Shown here in pieces: positions 7,661-14,381 of a stretch of 21,511 nt of DNA (position 1 is the stretch's first letter; every line of letters begins with the position of its first letter). Both the position numbers and the translations under genes were made by a program. The stretch comes from Candidatus Bipolaricaulia bacterium (GTDB taxonomy: Bacteria; Bipolaricaulota; Bipolaricaulia; JBHIAT01). The DNA lies in NCBI GenBank assembly GCA_046758705.1, contig JBHIAT010000049.1, positions 1-21,511 of the forward strand. The letters run 5' to 3'. Below the pieces are notes generated by a model. It worked only from the letters and a program-made list of their open reading frames with translations, did no database searches and had not been told where the DNA came from.

Positions 7661-9013
7661 TCAAGTCGCTATTGAGTTTGAGTTGCGCTGGGGACCCTCG
7701 ATTGGCCGGGTGTTCCGGAGGGCGCCATCTGGCGCGCCGTCCTCGCCCTCAGCACGACGCCGCGCAACGCGGTTTGGGCAGCCATCGCCCGCTTGCCAGA
7801 GCACTCCCGCGATGACGAAGACGCCCTGCGGCGTCGTCCAGGCACTGGCACCCACCACCAGCAGCGGCCCGGCTACGCCGCCCAGCGAGGCCGAAGCCCC
7901 CTTGATCCCCACGACTCGCGACCTGTGCTGTTCCGCGGTGATATCGAGGTAGAACGCGCTCAGTGCAGGCGATGTCAACGCGGTTCCCAGCCCGGCTACG
8001 ACGGCGACCAACATCAACAGTGTGAACCACGTAACGACCGACAGGCCGAAGTAGAAGCCGGTGGTGAACAGGATTCCTATCACGATGATTGACTTGCGAC
8101 CGTACCTGTCGCTCGATCGGCCGAGCACCATCGCCAGCCCGTAGGCACTGACCACGGCGCCGAATTGGACAGTGGTCCAGCCGAGCTCCTCGAAGAAGTA
8201 GAACACCATCTGCGGTTCGATGAAAGCGAAAGCAAAGACGATAATGAAGTCGAGGAGTAGCAGCGTCCCAAACACGTGGATCGGTCTTGGGAGTGAGGCC
8301 CAAACCGATGCCTGTTGCGCAGCGGGTGCCGTTGCGGCAGCCCGCCGTTGCCGTAGCTCCTCTCGCCACCGTACCTCGCGGGTGCGTGTCTCTGGAACCA
8401 GGATGGTTGCGGCGATGAACGCGATGAAGGCCAGCACTGCGGAAGCAACGAACGGAGCAGCGAACCCCCACCCGTCGTAGAGGACGCCCCCAGCAACCGG
8501 CCCAAAGATGAAGCCGGCCCCGTAGCTGCCCATCACGATTCCGACCCACTGGGCACGCTTGTCTTCCGGAACGATGTCCGCCACCACACCCATGGCCGCC
8601 GGGAACAGGCCCGCCGTGAGGGCGCCTTCCAGCGCACGCACCAGGATGAAGACCTCCGTTGATGGCGCGAACAGAAACCCGATATTGGCAACCGTGAAGC
8701 CGGCCAGGGCCACGAGAACCAGGGGGCGTCGCCCGAACCGGTCGGCGAACGATCCCATGAACGGTGCCGCCAGAAGCTGTGCCAGCGCAAACGACATCGT
8801 CATCAACCCCAGGGCTTCCACACCGGAGCCAAACTCGCCGAGTCGCCGCGCGAACACGGGCATGATGATGCCGAAGCCGGTCATCATCAGAGCCACGCTG
8901 GCCGCAAGCAGCAGGATAATGTTGCGGGCACGACGCGGACTCAGGTCCGAGGTGATCACCTGGGTCGCTACGACGACTTCCCCTAAGTTTGGATGTGTCC
9001 TTTCGGAGTTCAT
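7661..9013 (-). CDS. MFS transporter (DHA1/TetA-like) with a probably damaged C-terminus
   Basis: Motif A (GSFADRFGRRP), motif C-like GAGFIFGPVAGG, and a second (G)RSSDRYGRK. The last TM helix appears cut after GVFVIAGVL and is replaced by a polar low-quality tail. The start overlaps the upstream stop. Confidence 0.8.
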   Translation of the reverse strand: MNSERTHPNLGEVVVATQVITSDLSPRRARNIILLLAASVALMMTGFGIIMPVFARRLGEFGSGVEALGLMTMSFALAQLLAAPFMGSFADRFGRRPLVLVALAGFTVANIGFLFAPSTEVFILVRALEGALTAGLFPAAMGVVADIVPEDKRAQWVGIVMGSYGAGFIFGPVAGGVLYDGWGFAAPFVASAVLAFIAFIAATILVPETRTREVRWREELRQRRAAATAPAAQQASVWASLPRPIHVFGTLLLLDFIIVFAFAFIEPQMVFYFFEELGWTTVQFGAVVSAYGLAMVLGRSSDRYGRKSIIVIGILFTTGFYFGLSVVTWFTLLMLVAVVAGLGTALTSPALSAFYLDITAEQHRSRVVGIKGASASLGGVAGPLLVVGASAWTTPQGVFVIAGVLWQAGDGCPNRVARRRAEGEDGAPDGALRNTRPIEGPQRNSNSIAT

Positions 9014-9453
9014 AACTCCACCCCGAGTTCAACCATGAGTGTGGCGAGATCCATGTAGGTGGTTTCGCGCTGAATCAGGCCATCGCTTACGTCGTAGATC
9101 GACACCCCGCGAAACTGGATGGTTCTGCCGGTCGGTTCCACGCGGTTCTCAAAGATCGGGGGCTCCAGCGGCCCGCTGTTGGTCCCGGTGAAAATCCATT
9201 GTGTTACGACGACCTCTTCGGCTGCGATGGTGCGGATCACTTCGTAATCGATCTCGGGAAACGCGGCGAACCAGGACGGCCAGAACTTCTTCGTTTCTTC
9301 AACCGACAGTGGACGGGCTCCATAGGCGTCGCCGTAAACGTAATCCAGCACAAAGTCCTGTGAACGAAGCGAATCCATCCGATCGTTATTCTGTGCCGCC
9401 AGCGCGGCGGCGTATTGCGATACGACATCAAGGGCCAACGATCCAGCCATCAT
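9010..9453 (-). CDS. SnoaL-like / ester cyclase (NTF2-like) protein
   Basis: WFAAFPEIDYEV...VVVTQWIFTGTNSGP...PTGRTIQFRGVSIYDVSDGLIQRETTYMD. GAGGAGG SD. Confidence 0.85.
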   Translation of the reverse strand: MMAGSLALDVVSQYAAALAAQNNDRMDSLRSQDFVLDYVYGDAYGARPLSVEETKKFWPSWFAAFPEIDYEVIRTIAAEEVVVTQWIFTGTNSGPLEPPIFENRVEPTGRTIQFRGVSIYDVSDGLIQRETTYMDLATLMVELGVEL

Positions 9454-9521
9454 TTATCCTCCTCGTGATCCCGTTATCTCACTTGCGCGAGCCCATTGTG
9501 TCCTACCTGGCTGCGAATTTC

Positions 9522-9942
9522 CTATGAGATCAGCTTTTCCAGGATCTCCTCGCCGTGGTTGAAGAAGATGAAATGCCCCTCGCCGGGATAAAACGTGGCG
9601 TTGCAGTCAGGGATTGTGTTCGCGTAGTACTCGCCCATCTGCCAGATGATTGGCTTCACAAGCCATGGGGCGTGTTTGGCCAGCCAAAGGTTCATCCGAC
9701 CGGGCCACATCATCCCCTGGGTAGCTCCCGGCCGAACCAGCGGTGCTCTAGAGGCGATGAGGCCGGCGGCGGTCAGTCGATCGGGAATCTTGAAGGTACA
9801 CGTCGCCACGTAGGGCCCCCCGAACGACCAGCCGGAGACCGCAAACCGGTCGATCCCCAGGGCGTCGGCCAGCTCCACCACATCGTCGGGCCAGTCCAAC
9901 GGATTGCGATTCCTGTGTGGACTCTGAACTCTGCTCAGTCAT
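9522..9942 (-). pseudogene. Alpha/beta hydrolase pseudogene with two internal deletions
   Basis: Retains LDWPDDVVELADALGIDRFAVSGWSFGGPY (nucleophile elbow GxSxG) and the C-terminal FYPGEGHF. The first ~70 aa and the cap/catalytic-Asp region are missing. The probable original ATG at 9942 (MTEQSSESTQESQSV) is out of frame with the remainder. Confidence 0.75.
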
Positions 9943-9962
9943 GGTGCTTCACCCGCACTCCC

Positions 9963-10286
9963 TCACTCCACCATCTCGCCCTCTAACAGATAACCGGCCT
10001 CCTCCCAATCGGCAAGGCCACCCGCGTAGCGGCGTACGTTCTTATATCCGTTGTCCACCAACAATTTATACGCGGCGATGCTGGCGATGCAGGCCTCATT
10101 GGAGCAGTAGACGACGATCTCATCGTCCGGGTCGAGGTGCGCTTTGGCTAACTCCGGCGTGAAGATGTTGAGAGAGCCAGGGATGTGCTTGGCGCGATAG
10201 GCCCAATCGCCGAGGACCATCACCAGCTTGAAGTCGTCCCCCCGGTCCAACTTCTCCTTCAATTCCTCACGGCTGATCAGTTTCAT
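9963..10286 (-). CDS. Single-domain rhodanese-like (sulfurtransferase) protein
   Basis: HIPGS motif, IVVYCSNEAC active-site loop, GYKNVRRYAGGLADWEEAG. AGGAGG SD at about 10295-10300. Confidence 0.9.
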   Translation of the reverse strand: MKLISREELKEKLDRGDDFKLVMVLGDWAYRAKHIPGSLNIFTPELAKAHLDPDDEIVVYCSNEACIASIAAYKLLVDNGYKNVRRYAGGLADWEEAGYLLEGEMVE

Positions 10287-10330
10287 GTTGAATCCCTCCT
10301 GTAGGTCTGACTTTAGGTCTAATTTTCGTT

Positions 10331-10360
10331 AAGGTATCGTTTTTGGCGTCCATCTGTCAA
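10331..10360 (-). promoter_or_regulatory. Candidate sigma70 promoter for the rhodanese-led minus-strand gene run
   Basis: TTGACA (10360-10355), an 18-nt spacer, then TACCTT (10336-10331), about 45 nt upstream of the rhodanese ATG. Confidence 0.45.
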
Positions 10361-10485
10361 TTAGCCAACTGCCAACTGATCGAAACGGGAAATCGGTCCT
10401 ATAGCCAGCCGATAATTCCCAGAGCCCGAGCTGACAATAACTCAAGGGAAGATTTCAGAAAGGTGAGTCTAACCATCGCTTTTTT

Positions 10486-10724
10486 AAGCTCATTGATGGA
10501 AATGGCAATATTGTAGCAATAGCTCCTGCCCAAGCTCAGGATGAGTGGATGACAGAGGAATTTGTGCCTTTCAAGGTGATGCCTTTAGTTTGATATGCCT
10601 GCTCCAAGCCGTGGTGTGCTTATCTTAGAAAAGGACAACTCTTCCGGGCTTCCAGAATATGATGATGAACTTCGGATGCCTATTGTCTTTGGGGAATCGA
10701 TGACTGTTTGTTAAGGTATATTTT
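10486..10724 (+). pseudogene. Frameshifted relic of a Gmad2 Ig-like domain protein running into the start of a GerMN-like domain
   Basis: KLIDGNGNIVAIAPAQAQDEWMTEEFVPFKV, a frameshift near 10585, then FDMPAPSRGVLILEKDNSSGLPEYDDELRMPIVFGESMTV. Removing a 4-bp TGTT duplication continues the frame as KVYF. Not in the ORF track. Confidence 0.7.
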
Positions 10725-10754
10725 ATTGCCGTACTCCCCCCGGATCCTGGTTGG

Positions 10755-12008
10755 TCAGACCGTGTGATCCTTGCGCGTCTTCTTGCCCTCGCCGCCGCTC
10801 TGGAACAGCAGTGTCAGGATGGACGGGGCGATCAGCACGGTGATGAAGGTGATCATCACCGCGACCCCGAAGATATCCGGGCCGATCGCGCCGATCGCCG
10901 CTCCCCGGACCGCGATCGCCAGTGTGAAGCTGCCCCGGACGGCCATCCCGAAGCCGATACGTAGCGCACCGACCTGATTGAATCCCAGTGGGATCGCCGG
11001 CAGGCCACCTCCGATGATCTTGGAGAGGATGGCAGCCAGCGTCACCAACACGCCGAATGCAAAAACACCGGCCAACACCCGGAAGTCGAGGAGCATCCCA
11101 ATGGTGATGAAGAAGACCGGCACCATCGTATTATAGATGGGCTCCAGTCCGGTGCGTAGTGGGTGGGCTGCTCTGCTGTTCGACAGTCCCAGTCCCAGGC
11201 TGAACGCACCGATGATGGCTGCCAGGCCGAGGAGCTCGAAGAGCGCGGCGGCGATGAACGCCAGGGCGAGCGCTATAGCGAGGCCGCTCCCCCGGGATCC
11301 CAGACCTCTGAGTATGTTGGACAGGTATCGAGACAGGAGGGCGATCCCGGCGGTGAACCCGAGCCAGATCCCGATATTCCGGCTGGCCGTGAGCGCCATC
11401 TCTGCCGGCTGAAAGCTCTGTCCGCTGGCAATCCCTTCGACGGTGGCCAGGATCAGAATCACCAGGATCGAGCCGATCATACCACTCCCCATGATCACTG
11501 CCCCCTCCGGTGTGCGCAGTTGTCTCAGGCTCTCTAAGATCCGTGCAGCGATCCCAATCGATGGAGCGGCCAGGATTGCTCCCATGAACAGCGCTCGGGG
11601 GTCGGAGGGGGCAGTTGCATACCCGAAGAGAAAGGTGATGTAGATCCCCAAGACGAAGGGAATAATCAGGTTGCTCAGGCTAACCAGGACCGCGGGACCG
11701 CCGTAGCGGATCAGGCCGCGGAGATCCATCTCCAGACCGATAGAAAAGAACAGAATGATGAGGGCGATCTGGGCGATGACGAGCAACTCGTTCGAGATGG
11801 GAAAGCCGACCGCCGTCTCCGGTCTGGGGAAGAGTGGGCCAATCGATGGGATCCGGATCAGATTCCCCAGAGCGTACGGACCGATCGCCACGCCGATCAG
11901 GAGCTCCCCCAGGATCTCAGGTTGATTGAGCGTGCGTTTGAACAGTTCGCCGGCGATCTTGGCCAGGAGCAGGATGATCCCCAACTGCAAAATGGTATGT
12001 ACGATCAC
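10755..12008 (-). CDS. Cation:proton antiporter (CPA2 / Na+/H+ exchanger family)
   Basis: A highly hydrophobic 417-aa protein with QPEILGELLIGVAIGP, LFFSIGLEMDL, IIGAFSLGL and VPVFFITIGM motifs. Confidence 0.85.
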   Translation of the reverse strand: MIVHTILQLGIILLLAKIAGELFKRTLNQPEILGELLIGVAIGPYALGNLIRIPSIGPLFPRPETAVGFPISNELLVIAQIALIILFFSIGLEMDLRGLIRYGGPAVLVSLSNLIIPFVLGIYITFLFGYATAPSDPRALFMGAILAAPSIGIAARILESLRQLRTPEGAVIMGSGMIGSILVILILATVEGIASGQSFQPAEMALTASRNIGIWLGFTAGIALLSRYLSNILRGLGSRGSGLAIALALAFIAAALFELLGLAAIIGAFSLGLGLSNSRAAHPLRTGLEPIYNTMVPVFFITIGMLLDFRVLAGVFAFGVLVTLAAILSKIIGGGLPAIPLGFNQVGALRIGFGMAVRGSFTLAIAVRGAAIGAIGPDIFGVAVMITFITVLIAPSILTLLFQSGGEGKKTRKDHTV

Positions 12009-12026
12009 AAGATCACCGGTTTCTGA

Positions 12027-14195
12027 TCATTCTTTCGTCCACCTCAGATGGAGTCGGTCGATGAACCGGAACGTCCAGGCGATCTCATGCTCATCTTTCT
12101 CGCGTTTGACCGCCTCGCCCGCTATCACCCGAAACCGATCATCTTCGAACCGCGGATCGACACAGAGCATCCGCTGCTTCTCCTCCTTGGTCCCGGTCCG
12201 ATCTTCGAGGATGAGTTCCTGGAGAGAGCCATCGGCCATCCGCACGTTGAGAGTCGCGTTCCCCTGAACCTGAAGTTTGAAGTTTAGATCGGACCAACGG
12301 CGGGGGATTGCCGGCAGCAGATGAATCTTCTCGGGCGTTGACCGGACGAGCATCTCGTTCAGCGCGTGGACGAACACACCGGAGGCGGTGGTAAACCACG
12401 GGACGGTCGGCTCACCGCTCTCCACCACCAAATGCTCGTTCATCGCGCCGAACAAGCCGGCCGACGCCATCGCCTTCTTGACGGTCGCATAGGTGTTTCT
12501 GCGGTCGCCCATCCGAGCCAAACAGACGGCGATCCATCCGGTTGCCCATGTCCAGGCATGCTCCATGTACCAGGGATCGGTTCCGGCGGCGTAACTCACT
12601 GGGTTGGCGGTTCGGTCCATGAAGTCGTAGATCGTTTGTTTCACCTTGGGATGCTCCGGCGCGTAGATCTCAAACGGGTGAAGCACCCCGAGGACAACCA
12701 TCGACGCATGTTCCGCCCCCTCATACTGCAGAAATTTCTCATCGTCTTGAGGCAATTTCGACTCTAGCTTATCGGCCAGCTCCGACCACCGCCTCCGTTC
12801 CGCCCGGTCGCGCCCCAGCCGCGCGGCGACTTCGGCTGCAATTCGAAAGTTGGTGATCACCGCGCACGCAGTGTAGAGGGGATTCTGGGCCGGGACCACC
12901 TTCTCATCCATGTCGATGCAGTTCTGAATGATCGCTCCTTCGTCCAGCTCGATGATGATCCACCGGCGGTAGAACTCGGCCGCCTCCCGGATCACCGGGT
13001 AGGCGATCTCCTCTAGAAAATCGTCGTCGTCGGTGTAGCGCCAGTAGAGCCAGGCTTCCAGGGCGATGAGCGCCGAATGGTGGATCTCATCGAGCGAAGC
13101 GCCGTGGGGTGCGCCATCATCACCGTCCTCGAGCGATTCCCAGGCGTAGCGCGCCCCGGTGTGCCACGTCCGATACCGTGCCTTATCCAGCGTCGCATGG
13201 CGGAACCGGGGAACTCGTCCGGCCAGCTCCAGTTGGCCGGACGAAGCGAGCGCCAAAAACGAGTAGAACTCATCGTAGAAGTAGCGCCCGTTCCAGTGCG
13301 TGTCGAAGATCCCGGTCGGGATCGACCAGCGGGTCACCTGGGACCGTAAGTGGTAGAGCGAGATCCGCCACTGTTCCATCAGTCTCTTATCAGGAACCTC
13401 CACCCAGCCCCGCTCCCAGAACCTTGCCCAGTCGGCTCGATGTCGGTCGAGAATCTCTGTATAGTTCTCTTGTATCGCTATCTCTAGGTCGGCCTCGTCC
13501 TCAGCGTCCGCGAAGATCAGATAGTAGGTGGCGGCCAGTTCTTCCCCGGCCTCGGTGACGACCAGACGGAAACGGTTCCCGTCCCGTTCAAGCTCCGCCG
13601 GCCGGTCGCAGCCGACGGTGATCCGGCCACGATAATCCTGCTTCCCCTGGACCCGGTATTCGATTCGATGCATGTTTCGGTCGGAGGACGGATTGATCGT
13701 CATGTATTTAGGAAACTCGTCCGGTGCCCCAGGCGGGCTCAGGATGTAGTCGAATTGGCTCATCAGATCGGAGCCTTGCGGAGCCTGGATCTGGCTGCGC
13801 ACGACGATCATCCGCCTCCCGAACGGGGTGAGGACGGTCACCTGCTCGACGATACCGGCCCGGTATTCCAGCCGGGACCGCACCCGGCCCTCCTCCGGGA
13901 GGATCTCCTGTTCCCAGCGTCTCGGTGTCAGGAGTTCCCCGCCAGCAAAGACCAAGCGCTCGAAGTGGCCGAATGGGATGAGTGAGCCACCGTGGTCGTC
14001 GTAGCGTCGCCCGGCCCACCAGATCGTCGGGATAAGCTCGAAGTAGCCACCTGGGTATTTTTTTTGCTGCTGCCCGCCGGTGTGATCGACGAGGAGCGAT
14101 AGCTCCCCGGTGCCAACCAACGGCGGGACGTACCATTTCAGTTTTGCCTTTGAGGAACTGATCACTCTGGAGAGTTTTCCGCTTTTGCTATTCAT
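12027..14195 (-). CDS. GH65-like (alpha/alpha)6-barrel glycoside hydrolase
   Basis: HRADWARFWERGWVEV, SLYHLRS, WNGRYFYDEFY, GARYAWES, EIHHSALIA, AYPVIREAAEFY, a DE acid motif (CIDMDEK...NPLYT), and FTTASGVFVHALNEML...LLPAIPRRW. The exact start is uncertain. Confidence 0.7.
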   Translation of the reverse strand: MNSKSGKLSRVISSSKAKLKWYVPPLVGTGELSLLVDHTGGQQQKKYPGGYFELIPTIWWAGRRYDDHGGSLIPFGHFERLVFAGGELLTPRRWEQEILPEEGRVRSRLEYRAGIVEQVTVLTPFGRRMIVVRSQIQAPQGSDLMSQFDYILSPPGAPDEFPKYMTINPSSDRNMHRIEYRVQGKQDYRGRITVGCDRPAELERDGNRFRLVVTEAGEELAATYYLIFADAEDEADLEIAIQENYTEILDRHRADWARFWERGWVEVPDKRLMEQWRISLYHLRSQVTRWSIPTGIFDTHWNGRYFYDEFYSFLALASSGQLELAGRVPRFRHATLDKARYRTWHTGARYAWESLEDGDDGAPHGASLDEIHHSALIALEAWLYWRYTDDDDFLEEIAYPVIREAAEFYRRWIIIELDEGAIIQNCIDMDEKVVPAQNPLYTACAVITNFRIAAEVAARLGRDRAERRRWSELADKLESKLPQDDEKFLQYEGAEHASMVVLGVLHPFEIYAPEHPKVKQTIYDFMDRTANPVSYAAGTDPWYMEHAWTWATGWIAVCLARMGDRRNTYATVKKAMASAGLFGAMNEHLVVESGEPTVPWFTTASGVFVHALNEMLVRSTPEKIHLLPAIPRRWSDLNFKLQVQGNATLNVRMADGSLQELILEDRTGTKEEKQRMLCVDPRFEDDRFRVIAGEAVKREKDEHEIAWTFRFIDRLHLRWTKE

Positions 14196-14238
14196 TCTTG
14201 TCTTGTGGAACTTAAAGGATTGACTTGGACCCCACCGC

Positions 14239-14268
14239 TTGTAACTTTTCTAGCAGCTTTTCTATAAT
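14239..14268 (+). promoter_or_regulatory. Candidate sigma70 promoter in the AT-rich divergent region between the two glycoside hydrolases
   Basis: TTGTAA (14239-14244), an 18-nt spacer, then TATAAT (14263-14268). A TTGACA also lies on the minus strand at 14292-14287. Confidence 0.35.
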
Positions 14269-14381
14269 CTATATTTAGCTGCCTCCTGTCAAAAACTGAA
14301 AGCTCCGATGTCTCGCCGATTTTGCCCGATCCAACCTCAACCTGTAGGATAAATTAAGTCAGTAAAACAAGGAGGTTAACG

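Noticed and set aside
7749-9032. 427-aa minus-strand ORF overlapping the MFS gene
   Set aside because: It is an alternative frame of the MFS gene, Arg/Gly-rich and typical of stop-poor GC-rich frames.
10364-10377. GCCAACT tandem duplication
   Set aside because: Only two 7-bp units, with no evidence of function.
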